From Camelus ferus (lineage: Eukaryota), in contig NC_045698.1 in assembly GCF_009834535.1 (NCBI RefSeq), positions 1,056,001 through 1,120,000 on the forward strand: 64,000 nucleotides of DNA, in the 5' to 3' direction. A program made the translations under genes and the position numbers. Positions 32,015 to 44,560 of the stretch are shown here, piece by piece; positions within the stretch are counted from its first letter, which is position 1, and each line of letters starts with the position of its first letter. Under the pieces are notes generated by a model. The model was given only the letters and a program-made list of their open reading frames with translations, was not told the DNA's origin and did not search any database.

Positions 32015-35000
32015 AATTTTTCATGAGACCCATTCAGTTTGTAAATGTAACAATTAGTTTCCACCCAGATTTTAAAATTAAAAAAATACCGAAGTACGTA
32101 TTTTTTTTTTTGGCCTTAACAAAACTACTTATTAACTAAATCCCAATTTTATGTAAAAATAAAATTCTGTGCCAGAGAAGTTATGGTTATTTCCTTGTAT
32201 ATTTCCCGTCATAATTTGGATTTCAGCATTCAATTGCGTTTTTAACTGAACATAAGAAACAAGGCGTTTAAAGTTTTCTCCTATTGTTTGCAATTTGTTT
32301 TCTTCAACTTGTTGGTGAAATTAGCCAAAATATTTGAAGATAGCAAATTCTGCAAAAAGATTTTTTTTGTCGTTAAAAAGACCCCACAAACGGACTGTAA
32401 TTTCCCAGCTAATTTCATTGCCTTTAAGTGCTCGCTGGCTTCTCTGACCCACGTACTCTGCACTGAGAATGCTGATGCCTCCGATCACAGGTGTTCTGTG
32501 AACTTTGACAACCACGTTGAGCAAAGGCACTGGTGGAGGGGTAGAGACCTGAAAGCCACTTTTCTTACCCTAAAAGCAAGTGACCAACAGAAGCCCTCCC
32601 TTTTTGATGAATGTGTCCGGGGACCCCCAGGACCGTTTCTGCGTGGCAGAGGACCGGAGTCCAGGAGCAGTTCCGGGGAAGCCAGAGGGACCCCCACGGC
32701 CCAGGGTGGGGGGCTCTGTCCAGCTCCAGCTCCCACGCGGGATGCGGGTGTGGTGGGAGCTGCCGCCCGCCGTGCATTCAGCCTCAAACCACAAGAAAGA
32801 GAAGTTTCACAAAGGTCGCGCATGCTCAGCTAAACGAAGCTTAACGTGTCCTGGAATCATCGTTTGCCAAGAAAGATAGACGTGTGTGTGTTTTCCACGC
32901 TCACAAATGCCACACTGAGTTCCAAGTAATTACAGCCCCGGGGCCCTTCTGCAGGGCCCCAGGCCTCCCTGTGCCACCCTTGGTGTGGAGGGTCCACGCT
33001 TCTCACGAGAGCTGAGTGGCCCGGCCGGGGGACAGCTCTGGACCAGGCCTCCATTCTAGCAAACGCTGCTGGCCCCACCTCAGCTGGGAGACCCCCGCCC
33101 TGTCACTCACACTCCCCGGGGACACGGTCACTTCAAGGCTTCACCCCTGAGCCCACGACCCCCACTCACCGTCCTGGGGTGTCAGAGAGCCCCACCTGTG
33201 GGCAGGCTCCGCGGACGCTGGCCCTCCCGGCCTGCACCCCTCTTCCCTGTGCAGACTGGAGCCCAGGCGGCAGGGTCGCAGGGGCCCAGAGGGCAAGGCT
33301 CCAGCTGTGCTCCCAGCTCACAGGACCCACGTGGGGCGGGGGGCCTCTGCCCCTCGGACCGGGGCCTGAGGGCTCTGACACCCGGAAGAAAGAGTGGCCT
33401 TTCCAGTACGTGCAGAGGGGCCACGTGAGCAGGCAGCCACCCCGTGGCCAGCTGGGCCTCTTCCTTCTCCGCCTGGCCTCGCTTCCCAGGGTCCTCCTTC
33501 AGGGGGTGCTGGGCAAGGGGGGGGAGGGAAGTGACGCCTCTGGCCGCTCAGCCCCAGGCGACCCCAGGCTTCTGCGTCCTGGCTGGACTGACCCAAGCCC
33601 GAGCCCTGCTCTTGACTTCCCTTCAACTCTCCAGACCTGGCCGGAGGCTGGCGCGCTGCCCAGCGTGAACCCGTCCGCGGCTGTGTCGTCGCTCCCGTTT
33701 CTGCAGGGGGACCGAGCAGCCCACAGCCCTGAGAGTCTGTGCAACAAGTAGTTTTAACCGTCTTTAATTTGGAAAATGTCCCCTAAACCCGATCTTGACT
33801 TTAGAAGGACAAATGAAAGAGGCAGCTCAGCTGCAGCTGCGTCGGCGTCGCGAGTCGTGGCCTCACGCACGTAGTTTAAAAATTATTTACCATCAGCCGC
33901 ACCGGAACTCCCTTATTTTTAAGAAAAGTCAAACAAGTAGAGTATGACATAAAAAAAACTGCCTTCCCTAAAAATATTATATTAATCATTTCAGTCGGAA
34001 ACAATCTTTGTGTTCATGAGACTCGGATTTTAATATATGAGAGTCAAGTTAATTTCTACTCACGTGAGAGTAAAACCACGTGCGAACGTGGAGGACGCGA
34101 CCCCCGCAGTGCAGCCTCGCACCTGCACACTTGCGTCCCTGGAAGCCTGACGGGGGACTGCGGCCACGCCGACCCGACCCGTCCCGTCAGGCAGGTTTCC
34201 TGGTCGCGTGGCCGCAGAGCTCTCTTATTAAGCCAATTGCTGTCACTCACAAGATTTAAAGAAAATCCACGTCTTAATTTCAGGGAAATTGTTTATTTAC
34301 TGTGAATCCAGAAGCCTGTTAGAATCAGTTCTCGTGATTCATGTTCTCGTTTTGAGCAGGGACACTTCGGGACGGGCAGCGGAGGACCTCTCCACTCGGA
34401 GAGCGGATCTAGGCGTGGAAGCTGGACACGTGCGAACAGGCCAGGCCGGGCGGCAGGCCCCGGGCAGGGGCCCGGCAGCCGGCTGGCCAGGCAGCCGCGA
34501 AGGCCTGCTCTGGGATTCTGACGCCAAACCCGTCTGAGTCTCAGCTTTCAGCCGCCCCGTTGTCCCTGAAACCTCACGAAGGTGATGGTCCAGTGCACTG
34601 TTTCCCGGGGAAGCTGGTGGAACTCTCAGGCCGCAAACGATCGGGCAAACCCCCTGCCGCCCCCGCGAAAACCTCGTGCAAAGCGTGGGTGGGACGCCTG
34701 CCTGCCTGGTTTGGTTCAGTTCCCTCAGAGCCCACGCCGCCCTGAAGGAGGTTTGGAACCCACAGCGGATCTTCCCTCCGGGCGGGCCTTCCTCTGCGGG
34801 TTGTAGGAAGCGTTTCTGAAGGTGGCCGACATCCCATCTCGGGGAAGAAGGTGTGGTCTGGTCCGCGGCAGCGATGCAGCCCCGGGGCGCCTCCCGGAAG
34901 GCGGGCCGGGCCTTCACCGGAGCGCGCAGCCAGCCCTCCGAGACGGCCGGGCTCGGGGCGGCCGTCACAAACCCGCGGCGTGGTTTGTTTTTGGAGGTGA

Positions 35001-35979
35001 GGGTGTCCTCCGGTGTCTAATTGGTAGAGAAGCTCATTCTTCCCATTTTCAAACGCAACCAGCTTCGAAGATTTTTCGCTCACCCAGGGGCTGGGACCAG
35101 AGAAATGCTGGGCTTATAAAGTCATTTGTTCTTCTGTTGTGATTGTATTCACGACGGAAGGGTGACGGAAAGGTCAGCTGTAACTCTGCTGTTGCGTTTT
35201 AGCTTCGAAAAAATGTAATATTGATCGATAAGAAAATGGAAAAGCAGGACTATTAGCGCCTCGCTTGACCTTCTCCGCCCTTTGCCCCGGCCCGCGGACT
35301 CTCCCCCAGATGCTACGTCTCCCGTGCGGGGGTTGTCCTGGGTGCTCTCCTCACAGCTGATACACGACCCTCTCCCCCTCTGATGTCGCCGTGTGTCTGG
35401 TTTCCTTGCTCCAGGTTCTCTGCCGCCGGACCAGCGCCTCCGGCCGTTGGTTTGAGCGGAGCCCCTGAAGGGTCACGTGGACGGCACTTCATATCTGTCA
35501 TCTTGCTGGGCGCTGGGGTCCATCACCATTTGAGACGGGAGAGCCCTCTGCAGACGAGGGCTGGCCTCCATGCGTGCCGGGGACGGGGACCCAGCCTCCC
35601 GGGGGAGCTGGGTGGGTACCGGGGAGCGTGTCCCTGGCAGGATGCAGAGGTCAGGATGGGTCCGCGGAGACCGCGCTCCCCTGTGCAGAGACGTGGACCC
35701 TGTGCCAGCTCAGGCTGGGAGGGTGTTGAATACACCCTGACGGGGCTCCTGAGGTGAAGTGTGCAAACCCAGGAGGGTCCCCTGGTCGAGCCCCCACCAC
35801 ACAGAGACGTCAGACTCTGTCCCCACCGACGCCGGGGGGGATTGGAGCCAGGCTGTCCCGCTCCACGTGTCGGGGCGGTGTGAACCCCCCCGGTCCCCCT
35901 GAGGCCTCGGGAGGGGGCGGGACGGATGCTGAGCTCAGGTGTCCGGGGCTCAGTGCTTTGGGCTCAGTGGGGCCTGAGC

Positions 35980-36388
35980 TGGGCTGAGTGGCGGCTCCCA
36001 AAGCCATGTCCTGCTGGAGCCTGTGACTGTGGCCTCGTTTGGAAATCGGGTCTTGGCAGATGTCATCAGGTTAGGATGGTTGTAGTGGACGAGGGTGGGC
36101 CTTAAATCCAATGGGACTGGTGTCCTTATAAAAGGGACATTTGGGCAAAGACACAGGGAGAAGCCACGTGAAGAGAGAGGCAGAGCCTGGGGAAGGGGTC
36201 CACAGCTGACAGTCACCAAGGAACGCCAGAGCCGCGGGACAGAGGCCTGGGTTGGACCCCCCCAGAGCCTCCCGAGGGGCAGCCCTGCCGCCCCGTGGTC
36301 TCTGGCTTCTTCTGGGCTCCACCCCCAGAACTGGGAGAAATCACATTGCTGTCGCTGTAAGCCACCTGGTTTGTGGAAACCAACACAG
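35980..36388 (+). mobile_element. MaLR MLT1C-like solo LTR
   Basis: tttggaaatcgggtcttggcagatgt, gggtgggccttaaatccaat, gactggtgtccttataaaag, agacacagggagaagccacgtgaag and taagccacctggtttgtgg. Confidence 0.8.
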
Positions 36389-39300
36389 AGTCAAAGGGCA
36401 GAGGGGTCCCGGCTGCCTCCCTGGTAATGAGGGGAGAAGACCCCCTTCAGTGCCCCTCCCCCCGCGGCCCCTCCCCCACGGCTCCTCCAGATCCTCTGTG
36501 ACCACACAGGTTACAGGCAGGAGCTGCCTGTTCACCTGCTGGGCGGGTGACGTCCGGGCCCCTCATGGGGGAGGCCAGACCCCGCCTTGGGCAGGCACCT
36601 GCCGTGCCTTGTCCTCTGGGGCCCATGACTGTCCTTTCCGGGGACCCCTTGGTGCTTGGTTCTGCAGGGTCAGGAGATGCAGGAATCCGTGTGACTTAGC
36701 GTGAATCGGTGTGGACCAGGGGTGGGGGGGCTCTGTGGGCAGCAGCGGGGCTGTGGCCCGAGGCTCCCCTATCTCTGCTCTCCTCTGGGGCCCCTCTGTG
36801 CTCTGGCCCTTCTCAGGGGACAGCGGGCAGGAAGGGCAAAGATAAGGCCACTCGGGGGTTATCTGCTGACCCCTGGAGAGGCTGAGAGGGAAGTGTTGTC
36901 ATCCTGGGGCACAGGGGGCCCTGACCCGCTGTCAGCGCCACCACAGCCCCCCAGCCCCGCTGCCCTCCGCACACGGGTGCCTGAGTGAGTGAGCCCAACG
37001 GGCGGGTGGGGGGACAGGAGTGGGGAGCCACAGCCGGAGCCCAAGGAGGAATCAGTGTCCAAAATAAAGGTGGTGACGGCAAGCCGCACTGCAGGCCACC
37101 CAGGGATGGCTCCTCCTTGGGCTTAAATCCGTGTTCTTCTGTTTTCCAGGAAACAGTAAGAACACTGGAAAGGCAGAAGGCAGCTTCTTTGTTAGAAAAA
37201 AACGGCATGGCACTGGACCGAGGTTCTGCGCTCATTTGTGTATAAACAGCCTCCTGCATATGAAAGACTTTAAAAGCTTCTCCATTTACCCACAGCAACA
37301 CAGCCCCACCTCATCCCAGAACCATCACGTGAGGGCGTCGTGTGAGGGGCAGAGAAGGAGCGGAGAGCAGGCGTTCCCCAGTGGTCACTGCTGTCCAGCT
37401 CCCTGTGGTCGGTTTACTAGCTGAGAGGAAGCTTCAGGACAAGTGTACCGCGCTAAGCAGCGCCCTTCCCAGTGGGCGGAGACGTCCACACACTGCTGTC
37501 CACACTTAGCGACGCACGGAGGGACCGCCGTGGGGTGGGGAGGTGTCTGCTGTCTAGCAGCCAAGGCAGCTCTGGAGCACCTGAAACGCGCTGTTTTAGC
37601 AAGCAGCCTGCACTTGTGTGGCGCAACGAATCCTTGAAACCCCTTAACAATAAAAGTGACTTAATGCTGCCCCCTGGAACTATGGCTGGTTTTTATATCA
37701 TTATGAAGGCACCTTGCCGAGATTTTATAAGGCACATTTGATTATTCACGCCTTATACATGTGTTGCCAAAGTGAAACAATTTTTCAGGGTGGAAGAGGT
37801 GTGATTTACAATCTTTTAAGGAGGGTTTGCTGGATTATAAATTCCATTCTAGCTTAAAAACTTATCAAAATAATAAAAACCCTGATATCTAGATAGGCAA
37901 GCGAGGGGAAATGTATTCTTAACCAACATAAACCCATGAATTACGTTCTGTAAAGTCTGCTCAAGGAAATGAATTCCAGAGAGCTGAGAAATGTGTCTGC
38001 CGCATGTGCGAGAACGCGGAGCCCACCAACCCCCGCGACTGCACAGAAGCCTCCAAGTGAGCCCTTCGTCAGAGGAGCAGGAGAGATTGAAAATAAACCT
38101 GTGGTTTCTGTTAGGACGTGCGTGGGGGGAGGCGGCGGCGAAAGCCGGCGAGGGAAGGTCCAGAAGCGCCCGCAAGTGAAAGCAAACTGGACGGCGGCCG
38201 AGCCCGGGGCGCAGCACCCTGGAACCCTGGGCCTCTCTTCTCCGAAGGCGGCATGGGACAGTCAGAGCCACGTGCCCTGAGCATCCCGGCTTTGAGGGTG
38301 AGGTCGCAGTGGAAACCGGCCCCCCGGGAAGCTGCGTTAAGAGTTAAGCCTGGACTGGTCCAGCCTCTGACGCTGGGGCTCCCTCCACGGTGTCCGAGGG
38401 GCTGACTCTGGTGGCTGTGCTCTGAGGAGGGGCAGGGGGTGGGCCCAGCGGCTGCGCTCGCATTGCAGCTGAAGGCCACCCCCTCACACAGAGCACCGCT
38501 TTCTCTTCTGAGTCCGCTTGCGAAATGCGTTGTGTCCAGGAAGATGGACCGTCAGACCCTCCGATGTTTTCCTGGGTGTCCCTGGTCCTGGAGGGCGGAG
38601 TCGGGGCCAGTCTGGCCCGCAGTGACCACACCAGGCTCCCCGGTGCCCCCGGTAAGGCCCTTTTCGGCTTGGCCCAGCCCGATGTGGGATGCTGTCTGTG
38701 ACCTGGGTCCCATGGGTTGGACACGCTGCGTGGGGAGAGTGAGGAGCTGTCACGGGGTCCATGGAGCTTCTGGGTTGGAGGGTCCACTTCGGGATCTGTG
38801 GATTGGATGGCGTGATTCAGAGTCTTGTTTTTCTCAGTGACTCAGAATAAGAAATGACTCAGCTGGATAATTCGAGGTCGGATGTGGGAGCCGGAGGGCA
38901 GAGCCACAGGCTTGGCCGGGAAGGCCCCCCCACCCCTCTCCTGCCCCCGGCTGCCTGACCCCGCCCTGTGCCACCTTTGCTCTTTGAATAAACTGTTGAT
39001 GGATTTAACCTGCGTCTGTTCAGTTCCTCGTGATAAGACTTGGTGCTACAGCTGATGTGACGAGTTCCCCGTTCCGGGGCTGTGGCCACGCCGTGGGCTG
39101 TTTCTCTGGCTTTTGGTCCCATGGGGGGGGTCTGTTTAAATGCCCTGAGCTGAGGTCTGGGTGCTGGGGCAGAGGGCTAGCAATTGGAGGGCTGGCTACG
39201 GGCTGGATGGAGGGCAGGGCGGGCTCTGTCGTGGGCTCTGGGCCTAGGGTCGCCTGTCCAGCTCAGGGGGCGGGGGTCCGAGAGGCAGTCTGCGGAGAGG

Positions 39301-39470
39301 CCCTGTGTGCGGCCGCGGGGGCCTGGGAGTGGCTTCCGGGAAGAGGCCTTGGGGGTCTGGGGCTCCTCCTCCGCTCAGGGCGGGTGTCGGTTTCCTGGCC
39401 GTGGAGCCGCTTCTCGTGCTGCGCTGACCTGGAGCCCGCAGCAGGGGGATGCTAAGGCAGCCCCCTGGCC

Positions 39471-39579
39471 CTCGTCTCCCCCCAATTCCCCACCCCAGGA
39501 AGGAGGCTCAGCAGCAGGACTTTGGCCGGGGGTCCACGCCCAGCACCTTCCCGGGTGGTCTGCCTCGCCCGCCTCCCAG
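39471..39579 (+). repeat. Dispersed direct repeat, copy 1 (partner at 43281-43393)
   Basis: The core 39502-39579 aligns without gaps to 43316-43393 with 68 of 78 identities (hand alignment). Confidence 0.85.
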
Positions 39580-39649
39580 AGGGTGTCCCCTCTGCTCAGC
39601 GTGGGGAAATCCGGACTCACACGTGACCTGTAGAACACGGCAATGGTGG

Positions 39650-39980
39650 AGTGTGTGATTACATGCACCAGGCCACACGATCACGACTGTGTGCAATCAC
39701 ATGTGTGTGATTACATGTGCACGACCACACATGCAATTGCATTGCATGATGATCTGCACACAATTACATGCATGTGGTGACACCTGTGATCCCACCAGGT
39801 GTGATGTCACAAGCATGACTGCATACACACGATCACGTGTGTAATTACAGCACACTGTCGCCTCACGGGGTCACGTTAGTGTCTGCACAGATTGCATGTA
39901 TGTAAGTACACGCACGTTTACATTGCACGGTTATCCACACACGACTGCGCACGTGCGATCACGTGTCTGGTCACATGGCA
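39650..39980. repeat. Low-complexity purine/pyrimidine-alternating tract rich in CACATG/TTACATG/GATCAC words
   Basis: Repeated gtgtgtgattacatg (39651 and about 39703), cacacgatcacg and many short palindromes. Confidence 0.7.
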
Positions 39981-42264
39981 CGCGGCTGCGGTGCTGTCCT
40001 GTGAGGAGGCTTCTCCCTCGCTGGCTGTGAGGGAGCTCCAGGCACTGAAGGGACAGGGAACAGTCCCCTGTGTTCAGGCCCCACAGTCCAAGTGTCTGTG
40101 CGTGCACACACACTCACGCATGCTCACGTGTGCTCACTCGCACACGCACTCCCAGGGCTGCCCCATCTCAGCGGGACCTGGCCGAGCCCTGTCTGCAGAG
40201 CTGAGTGTTCTGCCCTCGTGGCCTGGGAGCGGGATCAGAGGGCAGGTGTCAAGTCTGTTCTAGAAGAAGGTGCTGGAGAGCAAAAGGAGCAGGTCTGGGA
40301 AGGTTCATGAGCAAACAGGAACAGAGGTGAGTGTTTTCCACGAACGGCTTTGGGGTGGGCACAGGCGTGGGGGGGGCAGCACTTGACATGCATCTGCTGG
40401 CCTACGGCATCTGGACACAGCACGTCTTTACTGTTTATTTTTCCTGAATAATCGCTGTGTTCCGGTGGCCTTCTGGTGAACCATTTCCACTCTTAGGCTG
40501 GTCAGTCAATGTCTCAAGGCCTCCCTAACTCCTGGGCAACATGGGGGCCACGGTGATGCTGTGTACATCTGTCCCCCTCGCCCACTGCTGCTCTGTGGCC
40601 ACAGCTCCCAGGCCTTGCTTCCCCAGCTGGGATTCCAGGGCAGCCTGGCCGCCAGACTCCTCCTGAGCCGCCGGTCCACCTCGAGGGCGGCCCGGTGCTG
40701 AGGGGCTTACAGGGGATATGCCCTCATCAGCCCCGGGGGACACCTCCAGCCACACCCAGGTCAGAGCTGCCGCAGCAAGAAGCGTGTGGCAGAGGGGCCA
40801 CCAGGACGCCAGGCCCCTCCCCTCCCCTGATCTTTCCGGGAGCCCCATCCTAGCAGTGAAACAGACAAGGCTCAAAGTAAAGCGGCCACACTGGCCGCAG
40901 GTGCAGACCACACACGTCCTGAGCGGCAGTGGACAGCGGGGTCAGATGTGGGCAGCATCACCATGGCCCCCTCGGGTCCCTAGAGGTAGGGAGGCCTTGA
41001 GCCATTGACAGACTGGTGGTACCCATTGGCGTGTTTAGGGCGTGTCTCCTCTGCATGTGGCACCGGAGGTCCTCTTTGCAGAGGTGTGTGCTGGGCGTCC
41101 ACATGGGGTGTGTGCACTTTCTTGCCTATGGGAATCGGGCAGCCACACCGGGCCCCTCACATGCCGAGTTTATCAAGTGGTGTGCAGGGCCGGCCAGCCC
41201 CAGCCCCAGACTGCTCGAGTATTTATAGAGAGACTTGCCATATGGTTCCTTAGAGGGGGGCCTCCCACGGTGCACGTGTGCACACGCTTGCACACACGCA
41301 CACACGTACACAGGTGTGTGGGTGCACACGCACACATGCACGCCACCCCGTCGTCTGTGAGCCTGGTCTTCAGCTCCTCGGCACCGCTGGACTTTCGAGC
41401 TCCGTGCAGAGCTGAGGTGACGCCCCCAGGAGGCTCCTTCTGTCTGGACCTGCATTTCTTTGCTCGGTCACCCCCCGCCACCGACGTGCCTGCAGTGACA
41501 GCTGGAAGGCTGGGGAAGTGTTGGCGAAGTAACCTTTCCTCACCTTTCCCTGTCGCGTCTGACCCCTGCCACTGTGGCATTTGGAAGCCCTCCCGGCTGC
41601 CACCAGCCCTGCTGCAGGATGTGAGCTGGCGGCTGCCAGGTGACACACGTCAGCGGCCAGAGGGAGCCTGACCCAGGAGGCACGCGCTGGGGGTAGTCCG
41701 TGAGCGGGAGGCGGCCCTCAGCAGCCATCTGGTGCATTCCAGAGGCTCTGGTGACCTGGAGGTGACAGGCGCCAGCCCTGCCCCCTCCAGGAGCCCGGAG
41801 AGCCAGACTGAGGCCGGAATATTCACCCACCAGCCAGCTGGGTGGTGGAATGTGGAGCAGCCCAAGGCTCTCCACAACGACGGGGGACAGGAATGCAGGT
41901 CCCCCGCGGCGGTGGCAGGCGGCCTGTCAGGGCCTGCTGGCCTCTCCCCTCCCCTGCACCTGGTCCAGGTGTCTCCACCAGCCCAGAGGCCCTGGAACAG
42001 CCCAGAACTTACCTCTTCACGGCCTGCCGGGGCTGGGCCCTGACGTCCGCCCCCCAGGGAAGGGGCTGTGGGGGGTGACGTCCGTCAGCGGGAGGCTGAG
42101 GACGTCCTGGCTCTCGTGGTCTGAGTCCTGTGTTTCCTCCTGATGTTACCAGAACAACAACCGTTCTAAAGGACGGTGAAGATGACTCTCAGGTGGCTTC
42201 ACTTTAGGAAGAGCGAGATATTGGATCCTGTCGGGCCGACTCTCATTTCCTGGTTTCTTTCTAT

Positions 42265-42600
42265 TTTTCAAAAATGAATGGGCTATTTTTTAGGGCTGTT
42301 TCAGGCTTACAGAAAAATGAGCAGGAAGCAGGGCGAGCCCCCGCGTCCAGCCAGGCCCCGTCTCTCGTGCTCGGTCCTCCTGCACCCGCGGGCCACGCCT
42401 GTCACCACTGGTGGCCTGGGAGTGGACGTGACGAGTGACCGGAGTCCAGAGTTGACGTCAGGGTTCACTTTCCATGCTGCGCATTCTATGGCTTGGACAC
42501 TGAACGACACGTGTCCCCACCACAGGATTATCTAGAGTTCTGTCCCCGCCCTGAAGCCCCCTGCTCCACCCATCAGCCCTCGCCCTTCACAACCCCGACG
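42265..42600 (-). mobile_element. L1MC-like 3'-end fragment
   Basis: ttttttagggctgtttcaggcttacagaaaaatgagcaggaag, agtccagagttgacgtcagggttcact, cattctatggcttggaca and gccctgaagccccctgctccacc follow the remembered antisense L1MC1/2 3' UTR. Confidence 0.7.
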
Positions 42601-43280
42601 ACCCCAGCTTGGCCGCCTCCCACGTCCCGCCCTTGCTGGGCATGGCAGGGCTGGCCTCGTGCGCTCTGGAAGGGCACGGAAGCTCCTCCATGGCTTTGGT
42701 CTGTATCCCCTGCCTCTAGGGCTGCCCAAGGCTGACTCGGGTCCCTGGCTGCCCACGGGGCCCCGTGCTCTTCCCGGGGCGGCGTCCACGGCCAGGACAG
42801 CGGCCACCCGTCCTCCGCTTGGTGCCGGTGGCTCCGGGTCTCCTTCCGCCGTGTCGGCTGCAGGTGTTCCTCGGACGTGAACTCCGTTCCCCGCGTTCCC
42901 ACGTCGAGCTCTGGCTCATGGCACGGGGTGCGGCTCACTTATTCTCTCTTTAATTCAATCAAGAAGAAGCTGACTCGGAGACTCAGGCTGAGTGGGGGCC
43001 CCGCCCTGCACCTGCACACAGGGACACACGCTGACACCTCCGGAGGCGGGGGCGGGCCTCGCCCCGGGAGCCTGGCCGGGGTCGGTCTGGAAGATGAGTG
43101 CTGTCGGAGCAGTGAGGGGACTGTGTGCACTGTCCTGTCTCCCTGACCCCTCACATGAGGCCGAGGGGCATCTTCTTCTTTCCCGGGGTCCCTGTCCTGG
43201 GCGGGGTCCCTCTCTCCTGGGGGCTGGGAAAACCGGTGTCGGGTTGGGACCCAGAGCCAGTGTGGGCCCAGGTCTGTTTC

Positions 43281-43393
43281 CTCGTCTCCCCACCATCCCC
43301 ACACCGCCCCAGGTGGGAGGCTCAGTGGCAGGACCTTGGCCTGGGGTCCACGCCCAGCACCTTCCAGGATGGTCCACCTCCCCTGCCTCCCAG
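43281..43393 (+). repeat. Dispersed direct repeat, copy 2 (partner at 39471-39579)
   Basis: See copy 1; the cores are offset by 3814 bp. Confidence 0.85.
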
Positions 43394-44146
43394 GTAAGCA
43401 GGCATCACGTGTGTTTGGCTGCCACCAGCTGGGGACCTGGGTGAACTGACCCGTGGGGATGACCCTTCTCTCTCGCTCTTGGTGGGAGCTGGGCAGCCAG
43501 TCCCCACCCCCAGGCCTTGGCTCCCATGTGGTAGTGGCTTGCGTGTCCCACAGCATGGCCGGCTTCAAGTCTGAACTCACAGCCTGGCCAGAAGGTAAGA
43601 CTTAACTCTGGATGGCTTCGACTCCCGGATTCTCGATGGCTGGGGCTCCTTCCCCAGGGAGATGGAGATGCAGGTCAGGAGAGCCCATTCAGAGTGGCTG
43701 CCTGGGCTGGGGTGGGCGTGCTTGCAGCTCAGAGGGCTGGGATGGGGCTGGGCTGGACAGAGGATCAGGACGGCTCTCAGAAGGGGGAGTGTGCAGGGCT
43801 TGAGGGGGAACAGCTTGTCCTCCAGCCCTGCCTGCAAACAGAGCCTGTTCTCCAGCCTCATTGTGGCCAGTGGGGGAAGTTTACACTCTCAGCACTGATC
43901 CCAGCGTGCAGACCCCTGTGCCTACTGGGCAGAGGCGGAAAGAGAAGCACTGTGTTCTCTGGTCTGGGGGCCTGCGGGGCCTGCAGGGGAGCCCACGGGG
44001 GAAGCCTGCCCATCCAGGATGGGGCTGCAGCTGGAGGCTGAGAGTCCAGGAAGAAAAACCAAGAAGGCTCCTTCTAGGCCTGACACTGACCCGGGGGCTC
44101 CAGTGATACAGAAGCACAGGCACCAACCTGGGCTCAGAGCTGACTG

Positions 44147-44560
44147 TGTATCAGTCAGCTTTGCTGCATAACAAACACCCCCAAATCTCAAAGAGCAATT
44201 CTCATCTTCCATCTGGGCAGCAGGCTGGCCACTGCATTTCTTCTCATCATGGGCCATGTCTGGGACATGCCCTCCTGGTGGTGGACAACAGAGACCAGGG
44301 CTGTGGCAGGATGTGGCAGAGCCCATCTGGGAGGTGGGGGCTCATGTCCCTGCTGCTGATGTGGTGGGTCATGGGGAGCGGGCTTCTTCCAGGAGGTGGA
44401 TGGTGTGGTGGGTGGCTCTCCTGTCACGTCATCACAGGGCTCCCTGAGGGCAAGTGTGGGCCTCCACGAGTCGCTCAGAGGGCAGGGCCAGCAGTGCGGC
44501 TCTCACGCCAGCCATGGGGCAGCGTAGGACAGGTGGCCACGTGAAGGCAGCATTTTGTGG
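44147..44560 (-). mobile_element. Old MaLR (MLT1-family) LTR fragment
   Basis: Starts tgtatcagtcagctttgctgcataacaaacacccccaaatctca, an MLT1-type terminus. The extent is uncertain. Confidence 0.45.

Noticed and set aside
32288..32833. 181-aa ORF with a Lys/Phe-rich N-terminus
   Set aside because: Non-ATG start, composition tracks the AT-to-GC transition, and no recognisable family.
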